Source: Psychrobacter cryohalolentis K5
GTDB lineage: Bacteria; Pseudomonadota; Gammaproteobacteria; Pseudomonadales; Moraxellaceae
NCBI RefSeq assembly: GCF_000013905.1
Contig: NC_007969.1
Location: 960,001-992,000 of the forward strand
Direction: 5' to 3'
Length of the DNA: 32,000 nt
Shown here: piece after piece, positions 1-9,310 of the stretch
Layout: the number at the start of each line of letters is the position of its first letter
Position numbering within the stretch: the first letter of the stretch is position 1
The notes under the pieces: model-generated
The model's input: only the letters and a program-made list of their open reading frames with translations
The model's database searches: none
What the model was told of the DNA's origin: nothing
Program-made: the position numbers and the translations under genes

Positions 1-589
1 CGCCCATTTTTGCGCCTTGATTGAGCGCCATAATGGCATTAGCGGATAAGCTGCCAAAGCTCATCGCTGAGATATTAAACACTGACATATCATGCGGCTG
101 CTTACACCGCTCACCGCCCACAATGATGCGGAAGTCTTTATTCTTAATAGGCTCACTGACAGCAGATTGCAAAAACCATTCTTTACCATGAGCATATAAA
201 TTGTCCAAAGTGCCAAAAGCATTGGTATCGCTGACGTTTTTGGCGCGCTGATAGACCAAGGCCCGCTGCTGACGTGAGAACGGCACTTGCTCTTTATCGT
301 CTTCGAGCAAATACTGGCGAATCTCAGGACGGAAATCCTCTAACACATAGCGGATGTGACCGGCGATAGGATAGTTGCTTAGGATAGAGTGCTTAGATTG
401 CAATAAGTCATAAATACCTAGCCCAACGGCGAGACCACCGATGATAATGAGTACCCAGTTGACGAGGAGTAATCCTGCTAAAAACAGCAAGATTGCGGCG
501 CCAAAGGTGCTGTAGCGTAGCAAAACACCGGTTAGGTAAGGGGAGTTGTGTTCAGGCTCAGGGTTCAAATTGGTTCTGGAATCGGGCAT
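1..589 (-). CDS. FMN-binding glutamate synthase family protein (GltB domain-2-like), N-terminal part; gene continues beyond the left edge
   Basis: Absent from the ORF track because it runs off the window. The minus-strand ATG at 589-587 opens a frame that stays open to position 1. Translation: MPDSRTNLNPEPEHNSPYLTGVLLRYSTFGAAILLFLAGLLLVNWVLIIIGGLAVGLGIYDLLQSKHSILSNYPIAGHIRYVLEDFRPEIRQYLLEDDKEQVPFSRQQRALVYQRAKN...FNISAMSFGSLSANAIMALNQGAKMG. It has N-terminal TM helices followed by YPxxGxxRY, VYQRAK and ISAMSFGxLS motifs typical of this family. Confidence 0.8.
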   Translation of the reverse strand, partial: MPDSRTNLNPEPEHNSPYLTGVLLRYSTFGAAILLFLAGLLLVNWVLIIIGGLAVGLGIYDLLQSKHSILSNYPIAGHIRYVLEDFRPEIRQYLLEDDKEQVPFSRQQRALVYQRAKNVSDTNAFGTLDNLYAHGKEWFLQSAVSEPIKNKDFRIIVGGERCKQPHDMSVFNISAMSFGSLSANAIMALNQGAKMG

Positions 590-616
590 AACAAGGCTCA
601 ACTATAAAAAATAGGA

Positions 617-657
617 ATTAAAAAATGCGGCAGTAAGTTATTTGGTAACTTTGCCGC
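617..657 (-). terminator. Intrinsic-terminator-like hairpin plus U-tract, 28 nt upstream of the start codon at 589 (leader structure, attenuator or upstream terminator)
   Basis: GCGGCA(627-632) and AAGTTA(635-640) pair with TAACTT(646-651) and TGCCGC(652-657): 12 bp with a 2-nt bulge and loop TTTGG. On the minus strand the hairpin is followed by ATTTTTTAA (complement of 617-626). Confidence 0.4.
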
Positions 658-1295
658 TATTCATGATTCAATATAGAAAGATTAAATAAGAGGTTTAAAA
701 TGAGCGAAAGCGCTAAAAGCCAACATGTTAAAAGCAGGCCAAACGCCCTTAGGGGCTCAAATTTGTGGTGTGTATCATACGCCTATAATATCACGGCTCC
801 ATATCAATTAAGTAACGGCAGACCGATAAAGACCTTGCAATTGCTACTCTCAGGCTTTAATAATTCCAAAAAAAACCCTAAGCTTATGTTTTAATGACTG
901 TTTGTCGCGTAGCTACGAGTAAGTTACCTATAATCAATGGCAGAAAATATTAAAAATAAAATTGAAACCGACTGTCAGTATCTTGTAGCAAGGTATGAAA
1001 AGTACCTTGTAAGGTGTGACGAGGACGCGGCATGAAGGGTAAAAAAACAATTATTCAACAAGGGCAATTTGCCAGTTATTGGTTTGAATGACAATATTGA
1101 TTTTGCGCAGTTTCATAGCGATGTCATTCGCTTGTTTTTATAAGCTTGCGACCGAGACCATGAGATTCCATTTAATCTCACGGTGGCTATAGCGATCCGC
1201 CTCCGTATCAGTTGCTTCAATCGCCTCAATCAATAGCTTATGGCACATTACTTTTATTATTGGTATTTAAATAAAATTTTAACGTCTCTTACGCT

Positions 1296-1334
1296 TTAGC
1301 ACAAACTAAGTGCTAAAAAGTGTATAGCACTTAG
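1296..1334 (-). terminator. Two overlapping, mutually exclusive hairpins downstream of the IclR gene; probable weak terminator
   Basis: Hairpin 1: TTAGCAC(1296-1302)/GTGCTAA(1310-1316). Hairpin 2: CTAAGTGCT(1306-1314)/AGCACTTAG(1326-1334). They share 1306-1316. In minus sense hairpin 2 is followed by UUUGUG. Confidence 0.35.
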
Positions 1335-1416
1335 ACCAAATCACTTTGTGATTGCATCGAAAGGCTTTAGTATCATTGGTAAACTAAGTTAAAACTTACC
1401 TAGCAACTCAATTAGT

Positions 1417-2244
1417 TTAAACCCCGCTGCCAATCCTTTCAGCCAACGCTTGCAACTTAGGTACTATCATCGCCGCATAGTCTTCGCTTTCCCAATTGGC
1501 ACTTGGGACACTGGCATTGAGTGAATACGCATATTGCCCAGTCGCAACATCAAAGACACCAACGGCCACTGCTAATATGTCCGTAGAGAACTCACCATCC
1601 GATACGGTATAACCATGCATTCTATAATGTTCTGCGGCGTCAGATAAAGCAGCCTGCGCATGGTTATAATCTTCTGCTGATAGCTGCTCTTGTAAATTAC
1701 TACGAATAACAGCCTGTCGTATTTGCGAACTAGCCGCATAAAAAGCACGTCCAATAGCGGTTCGGGCGACGGGAACGGCTGAGCCAACTTGCAAATTGAC
1801 CGATAGGCGGGCAGGGCTACGACAACAAGCGTGATAGCGCATCTCCCCTTCGACTTCGGTTGCTAAATTCACCGACACCTCGTTTTGACTGGCAAACTGC
1901 CGCAATAACGGTTCAGCTGCTGCCACTAAATCATGACGACTCCACGCTGTTGCACTTAATCGCACCGCACTACTACCCAATTGATACTGTCCATGTAGCG
2001 TCACGCGCAAAAATCCAAGCGTCATCAAGGTATGAATCAGACGAGTAATCGTCGCTTTTGGCAATTTTGTCATCTGGCATAATTGCTGATGGCTAAGCGC
2101 CTCTTCATGCTCAAAAGCTGCCAATATCATTAAGCCACGTCCAAGGGCAGTGACAAATTGCCTATCGTTGTCTTCTTTACCTTGGGTAAGGGAGCTATTT
2201 AATCGATCCAATAATGGTGCAGATACCAGCATATTTTTTCTCAT
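1417..2244 (-). CDS. IclR family transcriptional regulator
   Basis: 275-aa ORF. N-terminal winged HTH (LGRGLMILAAFEHEEALSHQQLCQMTKLPKATITRLIHTLMTLGFL) followed by an IclR-type effector domain. Divergently oriented to gcdH. Confidence 0.9.
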   Translation of the reverse strand: MRKNMLVSAPLLDRLNSSLTQGKEDNDRQFVTALGRGLMILAAFEHEEALSHQQLCQMTKLPKATITRLIHTLMTLGFLRVTLHGQYQLGSSAVRLSATAWSRHDLVAAAEPLLRQFASQNEVSVNLATEVEGEMRYHACCRSPARLSVNLQVGSAVPVARTAIGRAFYAASSQIRQAVIRSNLQEQLSAEDYNHAQAALSDAAEHYRMHGYTVSDGEFSTDILAVAVGVFDVATGQYAYSLNASVPSANWESEDYAAMIVPKLQALAERIGSGV

Positions 2245-2311
2245 TTTATAACCATCTGAATGAATAAGGGTTTACAGGACGCTAAAATTTTGCTTAAATA
2301 GTTTATATTAT

Positions 2312-2324
2312 GAAACTAAGTTTC
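2312..2324. promoter_or_regulatory. 13-bp palindrome GAAACTAAGTTTC in the IclR/gcdH divergent promoter region (candidate operator)
   Basis: Perfect 5-bp arms (GAAAC/GTTTC) around TAA, read directly. It lies between the divergent starts at 2244 and 2420. Confidence 0.35.
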
Positions 2325-2419
2325 GCATAGCGGAATTTTGAAGTCAATAGTAAATTTAGCCAAAGCATCATATTCACCATTAATCGTCGGTCAGGATGAC
2401 TGACAACAAGGAGCACCAC

Positions 2420-3604
2420 ATGGCAACTTCTAGCAGCCCACGTTTTGATTGGGAAGATCCATTTTTATTACGTGACCAGCTTACAGATGAAGAGCGCATG
2501 GTAACGGACAGTGCGCGTCAGTTTTTTCAAAAAGAGCTGATGCCGGGTATCATTCAGGCCAATCGTAATGAACATTTTGACCGCGATATCATGCGTCAGA
2601 TGGGCGAGATGGGTCTTCTTGGTGTGACGATCGACGGTTATGGTTGTGCTGGCATGTCAAGCGTGGCTTATGGTTTGATTGCGAAAGAAGTGGAAGCGGT
2701 GGATTCGGGCTATCGTTCAGCGATGAGCGTGCAGTCAAGCTTGGTCATGCATCCGATACATGCCTATGGTACAGAAGAGCAGAAAGAAAAATATCTGCCA
2801 AAACTGGCAACTGGGGAATATGTCGGCTGCTTTGGTCTTACAGAGCCGGATTCGGGTTCAGATCCTTCATCAATGTCAACGCGCGCGCGCGCAGTGGCAG
2901 GCGGTTATGAGCTGACTGGTAATAAAATGTGGATTACCAATAGCCCGATTTCTGATGTATTTGTCGTTTGGGCAAAAGATGATGCCGGTGACATTTGTGG
3001 TTTTATCTTAGATAAAGGTATGAAAGGGCTGTCCGCACCGAAAATCGAAGGCAAGTTCTCATTGCGTGCGTCTGTCACGGGTGAGATTGTCATGGACAAA
3101 GTGTTTGTCCCTGAAGCCAATGCTTTCCCAGATATTCGTGGTCTAAAAGGTCCGTTTGGTTGCCTAAATAAAGCCCGTTATGGTATCGCTTGGGGTTCAA
3201 TGGGTGCGGCTGAATTCTGCTGGAAAGCGGCTCGTCAGTACACCCTTGACCGTAAGCAGTTTGGTCGTCCGCTAGCCGCGACACAGTTGGTACAGCTAAA
3301 ACTTGCCAATATGCAAACGGAAATCACACTAGGTCTACAAGCAGCATTGCGTGTTGGCCGTTTGATGGATGAGGACAATGCGGCGCCTGAAATGATTTCA
3401 CTGATTAAGCGTAATAACTGCGGCAAAGCGCTAGAGATTGCCCGTATTGCCCGTGATATGCATGGCGGCAATGGTATCTCTGATGAGTTTCATATTATTC
3501 GTCATGTGATGAATTTAGAAGCGGTCAATACTTATGAAGGTACCCATGATATTCATGCGCTCATCTTAGGTCGCGCGCAGACTGGGATTCAGGCATTTTA
3601 TTAA
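2420..3604 (+). CDS. gcdH: Glutaryl-CoA dehydrogenase (acyl-CoA dehydrogenase family)
   Basis: The track ORF is 2396-3604. I prefer the ATG at 2420 because AAGGAG (2408-2413) sits 6 nt upstream of it. The N-terminus [20 protein letters not shown] and the overall ACAD pattern ([28 protein letters not shown]) are typical of GcdH. Confidence 0.9.
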   Translation: MATSSSPRFDWEDPFLLRDQLTDEERMVTDSARQFFQKELMPGIIQANRNEHFDRDIMRQMGEMGLLGVTIDGYGCAGMSSVAYGLIAKEVEAVDSGYRSAMSVQSSLVMHPIHAYGTEEQKEKYLPKLATGEYVGCFGLTEPDSGSDPSSMSTRARAVAGGYELTGNKMWITNSPISDVFVVWAKDDAGDICGFILDKGMKGLSAPKIEGKFSLRASVTGEIVMDKVFVPEANAFPDIRGLKGPFGCLNKARYGIAWGSMGAAEFCWKAARQYTLDRKQFGRPLAATQLVQLKLANMQTEITLGLQAALRVGRLMDEDNAAPEMISLIKRNNCGKALEIARIARDMHGGNGISDEFHIIRHVMNLEAVNTYEGTHDIHALILGRAQTGIQAFY

Positions 3605-3646
3605 GCGTTATTAGCTAATAAGTATTAGCTAATTTCCCGACCATTA

Positions 3647-3705
3647 ACGTACGTTACTGTTGTGCTTCTTACGAAGCACCTGATAAGCAGTAGCGTGCGT
3701 TTTTT
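3647..3705 (+). terminator. Compound rho-independent terminator after gcdH
   Basis: Outer stem ACGTACGTTACTG(3647-3659)/CAGTAGCGTGCGT(3688-3700): 13 bp including 2 G-U pairs. It encloses inner hairpin GTGCTTC(3662-3668)/GAAGCAC(3673-3679). TTTTT follows at 3701-3705. Confidence 0.7.
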
Positions 3706-3711
3706 AGTTAT

Positions 3712-3770
3712 TAGTCCTCATTTATATCTGGTTTAGCAGTAGTTCTAAAGAATTAGATAAATGAGGACTA
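3712..3770. repeat. 14-bp perfect inverted repeat TAGTCCTCATTTAT / ATAAATGAGGACTA separated by 31 nt, upstream of the CoA-transferase gene
   Basis: Arms at 3712-3725 and 3757-3770, read directly. Located between the gcdH terminator and the start at 3828. Confidence 0.6.
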
Positions 3771-3827
3771 GGCACTGTCTTATCATTTTTATCATTATAA
3801 AAAATACGTTATCAATAAGGGATTATT

Positions 3828-5099
3828 ATGACTGTCACTACAACCACACAACAGCCTGAACAAGCCAACTTTACTAATAATGCTACCGCTGATATTGCGA
3901 CTGATGCTGTATCAAAAGGCGCATTGCATGGAATCAAAGTGCTTGATTTGTCGCGGGTATTGGCAGGTCCTTCTTGCACCCAAGTGCTCGCCGACCTTGG
4001 TGCCGATGTGATCAAGGTTGAGCGTCCACATATTGGTGATGAAACCCGTCATTGGGCGCCGCCAAAATTCAGCGATGATACATCCGCTTATTACGCTACC
4101 ATTAATCGCAATAAAAAATCCCTCACGGTAGATATTACGACGTCTGCTGGACAAACCATCATTAAGCAGCTCGCTGAAACAAGCGATATCGTGGTAGAAA
4201 ACTTTAAAGTTGGCGGTCTGAAAAAATACGGTTTGGACTATGAGAGTCTAAAGCAAAGCAATCCACGTCTGATTTATGCCTCATTAACGGGCTTTGGGCA
4301 AACAGGTCCCGATGCTGAGCTTCCGGGCTATGACTATATTATTCAAGGTTTGTCAGGGCTAATGAGCATCACTGGACCTACTGATGGCGAACCACATAAA
4401 GTTGGCGTGGCAGTGGTAGATTTATTTGCAGGCTTGCAGCTGACGATTGGTATTCAAGCGGCGTTAATAGCGCGCCAGCATACTGGAATAGGTCAACATG
4501 TCGATGTCGCGTTACTAGACAGTGCGTTGGCAATGCTCGCCAATGTTGGTATGAATCATTTGGCATCTGGTGAGGTACCGCCAAGATTGGGCAATGGTCA
4601 CCCTAACATCGTTCCTTATCAAGTGTTTGCCGGTGCAGGGGAGGAGCATTTCATTTTAGCCTGCGGTAATGACAGTCAATTTGCCAGACTATGCCAGATG
4701 CTATCCGTAGAGTGGCATACTGACAGTCGTTTTGCGACCAACCCCCAACGCGTTACCCATCGTGAGCTGATTTGTGAGTGGCTTATAAACGCATTTGCCG
4801 AGCATCCACGTGCATATTGGCTTACGCGCTTGCATGAGGCGGGTATTCCTTGCGGTCCTATTCATAATGTTGCAGAAGCTTTGGCTATGCCGCAAGCGCT
4901 GGCACGAGGGATGATTGTTAGTTTTGCCGCGCAAGGCAGTCCGGTAAGAGCGCTTGGTAGCCCCATTAAACTCTCAGGCTCGCCTGTCACCTATCGTACA
5001 CCACCACCGCGACTCAGTGAACATACTGACAGCACGCTTAGTAATTTGGGCTATGACAGCGATATGATCGCCAAATTGAAAGCTGATGGGATTGTTTGA
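3828..5099 (+). CDS. Family III CoA-transferase (CaiB/BaiF type), probable glutarate:succinyl-CoA CoA-transferase
   Basis: 423-aa ORF with RBS AAGGGA 6 nt upstream. N-terminal signature GIKVLDLSRVLAGPSCTQVLADLGADVIKVE is typical of family III CoA-transferases. The substrate is inferred only from adjacency to gcdH. Confidence 0.85.
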   Translation: MTVTTTTQQPEQANFTNNATADIATDAVSKGALHGIKVLDLSRVLAGPSCTQVLADLGADVIKVERPHIGDETRHWAPPKFSDDTSAYYATINRNKKSLTVDITTSAGQTIIKQLAETSDIVVENFKVGGLKKYGLDYESLKQSNPRLIYASLTGFGQTGPDAELPGYDYIIQGLSGLMSITGPTDGEPHKVGVAVVDLFAGLQLTIGIQAALIARQHTGIGQHVDVALLDSALAMLANVGMNHLASGEVPPRLGNGHPNIVPYQVFAGAGEEHFILACGNDSQFARLCQMLSVEWHTDSRFATNPQRVTHRELICEWLINAFAEHPRAYWLTRLHEAGIPCGPIHNVAEALAMPQALARGMIVSFAAQGSPVRALGSPIKLSGSPVTYRTPPPRLSEHTDSTLSNLGYDSDMIAKLKADGIV

Positions 5100-5136
5100 T
5101 TAAACCCCTGATTGTCTTGGTCGAAGTCGGTTATTA

Positions 5137-5172
5137 CCTGCAAAAGCTCAATGACAATTTGCAGGCATTTTC
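5137..5172 (+). terminator. Probable rho-independent terminator after the CoA-transferase gene
   Basis: CCTGCAAA(5137-5144)/TTTGCAGG(5158-5165), followed by CATTTTC. Confidence 0.5.
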
Positions 5173-5283
5173 ATCAGGGCTTATAGTCAGTCCTAAATAA
5201 AATAAGTACAAATATCATAAAGTGCTACTGGTATAAATTTTTCTTTCTTTAAACAAGGAAATAGTAGCGTTTAGGTTTTATTG

Positions 5284-6042
5284 CTAGTCAATGAAACCTA
5301 AACGCTGTTCAATTTGCTTCGCCAATTCAATCAGTACAGCACTGACCTCAGCACGCTTGGACTCATATTCTGCTTGTAAAAAGCTGACTGCCATACCCGC
5401 AACCGCATTGCCCGACGCATTGCGTATGTAAGTCCCTAAGCAATACATACCATCACGCAATTGCCCATCATCCAGTGAAATACGGCTCTGCTGTATGGCA
5501 GCAATTTCATCCGCTAAAGTTTCGAAGTTGCTAACTCCGTTAGGTGTCATTGGCTCTGGAAAGATACCTTCATAAAGTGATTTGATATTATGCATGGGCA
5601 AGGTTGAAAGCATAGCTTTGCCCGTAGCAGAAAATACTGCTGGTACGCGCACACCAGCACGGAAAGTAAAACCAAGCGGAGCTGGTGCTTCATGACATGC
5701 TAAAAAAACCACTTCGCCCAAATCCATTTTGGACAAGGTGACGGTATGCTGTAACAGGATAGGATATTGCATGATAAGGTCTTTAAATAACTGCACCACC
5801 CCTTGCTGTTGCTCGTATTTACCCGCCCAATATAGCAAGTAAGAACCTAAGTGAAAGCGTCCTTCGCTATCCTTATAGATGACATGCTTGGTAAGTAAGC
5901 TTTGCAAAATATTATGCGTTGAGCTACGTGGTAGCTTTAACTCTTTTGCAATATAAGCTGCCGTTAAGGGCTGCTGGCTTGCCGTGATTAAATCCAGAAT
6001 TTGAAACGTTTTGTCTAGAGCAGGAACGGCGCTGGTACTCAT
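5284..6042 (-). CDS. IclR family transcriptional regulator (second, divergent from gabD)
   Basis: 252-aa ORF. HTH region ALDKTFQILDLITASQQPLTAAYIAKELKLPRSSTHNILQSLL followed by an IclR effector domain. Confidence 0.9.
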   Translation of the reverse strand: MSTSAVPALDKTFQILDLITASQQPLTAAYIAKELKLPRSSTHNILQSLLTKHVIYKDSEGRFHLGSYLLYWAGKYEQQQGVVQLFKDLIMQYPILLQHTVTLSKMDLGEVVFLACHEAPAPLGFTFRAGVRVPAVFSATGKAMLSTLPMHNIKSLYEGIFPEPMTPNGVSNFETLADEIAAIQQSRISLDDGQLRDGMYCLGTYIRNASGNAVAGMAVSFLQAEYESKRAEVSAVLIELAKQIEQRLGFID

Positions 6043-6164
6043 AAGTTGCCTATTAAAATGTCAGTTAAACAATAAAAATAAAAAATATGTTCGAGAACTA
6101 TCAAAATAACGGTTGCAAAGACTATCGCATCGTTCTTATAATGATGTCTCATATATGGAATAGT

Positions 6165-6182
6165 TGTTCAGTATATTGAACA
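6165..6182. promoter_or_regulatory. 18-bp palindrome TGTTCA-GTATAT-TGAACA in the IclR/gabD divergent region (candidate operator); a related GTTC-GA-GAAC lies at 6089-6098
   Basis: 6-bp perfect arms read directly. A second GTTC..GAAC element lies 76 bp away in the same intergenic region. Confidence 0.35.
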
Positions 6183-6320
6183 CTACATATATTATCAATC
6201 ATTATTACTGACTGCTCATGCCAATTTTTCATTGGTTCAATAGCTGTTTAAAAAGACAAGCTTATGCCAACGTTAGATAGCTTTATAAATAAGTAATAGC
6301 GACAAACATGGAGTGTTACG

Positions 6321-7787
6321 ATGCTAAAGACGACCCTAAATCTCTCAAACCCAGATTTGATTAAACAGCAGTGTCTTATCAAAGACGGATGGCACGCTGC
6401 CAATGATGATGCCACTATTGAAGTGAGCAATCCATTCAACGGCGATGTTATCGGTACGGTGCCAAGCTTGACGACCGCTGATGTCAATGATGCTGTTACT
6501 TACTCTCACGAAGCTCAAATCACTTGGGCCGCCAAAACCCCACAAGAACGCGCGCAGCTGCTGCAAAAATGGGCAGATCTTATCGATGCCAACAAAGAAG
6601 ATTTGGCCATTATCATGACCGCCGAGCAGGGCAAGCCTTTGGCTGAATCACGCGGCGAGATTGGTTATGCCAATAGCTTTATCCGCTGGTTTGCAGAAGA
6701 AGGCAAGCGTGTTTATGGTGATGTCATTCCTGCAACCAACTCGCAATTACGCTATGTGGTATTAAAACAGCCGGTTGGCGTTTGTGCTGCCATCACGCCT
6801 TGGAACTTTCCAGCGGCGATGATCACGCGTAAAGCAGCTCCTGCACTAGCAGCAGGCTGTACTATCATTATCAAACCTGCGACTGAAACGCCATTTTCTG
6901 CCTTAGCACTCGGTGCATTGGCTGAGCAAGCAGGTATTCCTGCCGGCGTTATCCAAGTTGTGACCGGTAAATCATCTGTTATCGGCGATATTCTTACCGG
7001 CGATGCTCGCATTCACAAACTATCATTCACGGGTTCTACCGAAGTCGGTCGCACCTTAATGGCGCAGTGTGCTCCAACGATTAAAAAGCTGTCATTAGAG
7101 CTTGGCGGCAATGCACCGTTTATCGTTTTTGATGATGCCGATCTTGAAAAAGCTGCTGAAGGTCTAATCGCCTCTAAATACCGTAACGCCGGTCAAACCT
7201 GTGTCTGTGCCAACCGCGTTTATGTTCAAGACAGCATTAAAGATGAATTCTTAGATATCTTTATCAAAAAAGTCGCTGAGCTAAAAGTCGGTAATGGCAT
7301 GGAAGAAGGGGTCAACGTTGGTCCTTTGATTAATGAAAAAGCCTTACAAAAAGTACAAGCGCTACTAAAAGATGCGCTAGACAAAGGCGCAACCCTGATT
7401 GCTGGTGGCAGTACGAATAATGCGTCAGCCCTTGCTTACAACCCAACTGTCATCACCGATATCAGCGCTGATATGGATATTGCCAGCGAAGAGATATTTG
7501 GTCCTATCGCGCCAGTCTTTACTTTCTCATCTGAAGAAGAAGTTATTCGCGCAGCCAACGACACTATCTACGGTCTAGCAGCTTATTTTTATAGTAGCGA
7601 TTATGCGCGTGCTTGGCGTGTGACCGAAGGTCTTGAATATGGCATGGTTGGACATAATACGGGCATGCTCTCAACAGAAGTAGCACCATTTGGCGGTGTC
7701 AAACAATCTGGTTTTGGTCGTGAAGGTTCAAAATACGGCATCGAAGAATATGTTGTGACCAAATACTGGTGTTCTGACGTCAGCTAA
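6321..7787 (+). CDS. gabD: NAD(P)-dependent succinate-semialdehyde (or glutarate-semialdehyde) dehydrogenase
   Basis: 488-aa ALDH-family ORF with RBS GGAG 8 nt upstream. Motifs ELGGNAP and GQTCVCANR (catalytic Cys). Length and sequence are GabD/DavD-like. Confidence 0.9.
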   Translation: MLKTTLNLSNPDLIKQQCLIKDGWHAANDDATIEVSNPFNGDVIGTVPSLTTADVNDAVTYSHEAQITWAAKTPQERAQLLQKWADLIDANKEDLAIIMTAEQGKPLAESRGEIGYANSFIRWFAEEGKRVYGDVIPATNSQLRYVVLKQPVGVCAAITPWNFPAAMITRKAAPALAAGCTIIIKPATETPFSALALGALAEQAGIPAGVIQVVTGKSSVIGDILTGDARIHKLSFTGSTEVGRTLMAQCAPTIKKLSLELGGNAPFIVFDDADLEKAAEGLIASKYRNAGQTCVCANRVYVQDSIKDEFLDIFIKKVAELKVGNGMEEGVNVGPLINEKALQKVQALLKDALDKGATLIAGGSTNNASALAYNPTVITDISADMDIASEEIFGPIAPVFTFSSEEEVIRAANDTIYGLAAYFYSSDYARAWRVTEGLEYGMVGHNTGMLSTEVAPFGGVKQSGFGREGSKYGIEEYVVTKYWCSDVS

Positions 7788-7942
7788 GCTTTTAAGTTTT
7801 ATTTTCTATTTTAATGGTCACACATTCAATTGTCACATAGCACGAAACGGGATTCAGTACTATGAATCCCAACTGTAATTCACTCTATAAACCGCCATCA
7901 CTTCACTGGCATCTACGTAAAAAGAAAGAAAAGGACATTCTT

Positions 7943-9202
7943 ATGACTACCAATCAATCATTACTTGCACGCCGTAAAGCGGTATTACCAACCGGACTGG
8001 GTGTGGCTTTTCCTATCTTTGCCGAAAAAGCAAAAAACTCAGAAGTTTGGGATATTGAAGGCAATCGTTATATCGATTTCGTTGGCGGCATCTCAGTACT
8101 AAATACCGGTCACAGTCATCCAAAAATCACGCAGCGTGTGCATGAGCAGCTAGACAAATTCACCCATACTGCTGCGCAAATGATTAACTATGAATGCTAT
8201 GTCGATCTTGCCGAAAAACTGTGTGAAAAAGCGCCTATCAGTGGCGACACAAAGGCATTCTTCTTGACCACTGGTGCAGAAGCGGTTGAAAACTGTATCA
8301 AAATTGCTCGTGCAAAAACCCGTCGTCCAGGCGTGATTTCTTTCGTTGGCGGTTGGCATGGCCGCACGCTTATGTGCATGAGCTTGACTGGTAAAGTATT
8401 GCCATACAAAAAGAACTTTGGTCCGATGCCAGGGCCTGTATTCCATGCACTATTCCCATGCGATGAGCTGAATGTTACTGAAGAACAAGCATTGCATAGC
8501 CTTGAGATGATTTTCCAAGCGGATATCGATCCTAGTGAAGTGGCGGCGATGATTATCGAGCCAGTACAAGGTGAGGGTGGCTTCCATCAAGTCACGCCAT
8601 CATTTGCTAAGTCTTTACGCGATATCTGTGATGAGCACGGCATTGTCCTAATCTTTGATGAAGTACAGTGTGGTTTTGCGCGTACGGGTACGTTGTTTGC
8701 CTGTGAACAATTGGGCGTTGAGCCAGATCTTATGACCAGTGCTAAGAGCTTGGCAGGTGGTTATCCTATTTCTGCCGTTATTGGTCGTGCCGATATTATG
8801 GATGCCCCGCAAGTAGGTGGCTTGGGTGGTACTTATGCTGGCAACCCACTTGCTTGTGTAGCCGCTTTAGCAGTCATCGAAGTCATCGAAGAGGAAAACC
8901 TACTTGAGCGTAGTATTGAAATTGGCGACAAAATTGAGTCATTTTTAAAGGGCTTAAACTTAAGTAGTATCGGACATATTCGCCATAAAGGCGCCATGCT
9001 CGCGTTTGAATTAATCGATAGTGATGGTAAGCCTGACGTTGAAGCGACGACTAACCTAAAAGCGAAATCATTTGAGCAAGGTTTGTTACTAGCATCTTGC
9101 GGTATGCATGGCAATGCCATTCGTGTGATGGTGCCATTGACGGTTGAAGATGAAGTGCTACAAGAAGGTCTTGATATCATCAAAGGTATTTTGACTGCCT
9201 AA
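7943..9202 (+). CDS. gabT: 4-aminobutyrate (or 5-aminovalerate) : 2-oxoglutarate aminotransferase, class III PLP enzyme
   Basis: The track ORF starts at 7862. I prefer the ATG at 7943 (MTTNQSLLARRK..., the usual GabT N-terminus) with AAGGA 7 nt upstream. PLP-lysine context is TSAKSLAGGYP. Confidence 0.9.
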   Translation: MTTNQSLLARRKAVLPTGLGVAFPIFAEKAKNSEVWDIEGNRYIDFVGGISVLNTGHSHPKITQRVHEQLDKFTHTAAQMINYECYVDLAEKLCEKAPISGDTKAFFLTTGAEAVENCIKIARAKTRRPGVISFVGGWHGRTLMCMSLTGKVLPYKKNFGPMPGPVFHALFPCDELNVTEEQALHSLEMIFQADIDPSEVAAMIIEPVQGEGGFHQVTPSFAKSLRDICDEHGIVLIFDEVQCGFARTGTLFACEQLGVEPDLMTSAKSLAGGYPISAVIGRADIMDAPQVGGLGGTYAGNPLACVAALAVIEVIEEENLLERSIEIGDKIESFLKGLNLSSIGHIRHKGAMLAFELIDSDGKPDVEATTNLKAKSFEQGLLLASCGMHGNAIRVMVPLTVEDEVLQEGLDIIKGILTA

Positions 9203-9277
9203 GTATTTGATAGCTTAAAGGATAACAAGTGCTAAAGGTTAGGCTGTGTTTATAGTCAAATCCTAAGCAGTGTTGGT

Positions 9278-9310
9278 ACAACGGCGCCTTGCAAGTCAAG
9301 ACGCCGTTGT
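9278..9310 (+). terminator. Strong hairpin after gabT (14 bp with 1 mismatch, loop CAAGT) lacking a clear U-tract
   Basis: ACAACGGCGCCTTG / CAAGACGCCGTTGT, read directly. Followed by TGTCTCC, so its function as a terminator is uncertain. Confidence 0.4.

Noticed and set aside
700-894. 64-aa ORF in the track
   Set aside because: It has no recognisable motifs and a composition atypical for the window. It lies in AT-rich non-coding-looking DNA and opposes the flanking transcription direction. I treat it as spurious, though the region itself is flagged as a finding.
2396-2419. Upstream ATG for gcdH
   Set aside because: AAGGAG at 2408-2413 is positioned for the ATG at 2420, and the 2396 ATG has no spaced RBS. 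The difference is only 8 codons and remains uncertain.
7862-7942. 27-codon N-terminal extension of gabT (MNPNCNSLYKPPSLHWHLRKKKEKDIL)
   Set aside because: The internal ATG at 7943 has a good AAGGA RBS and gives the usual GabT N-terminus. The extension is low-complexity and covers what should be the gabD-gabT spacer.
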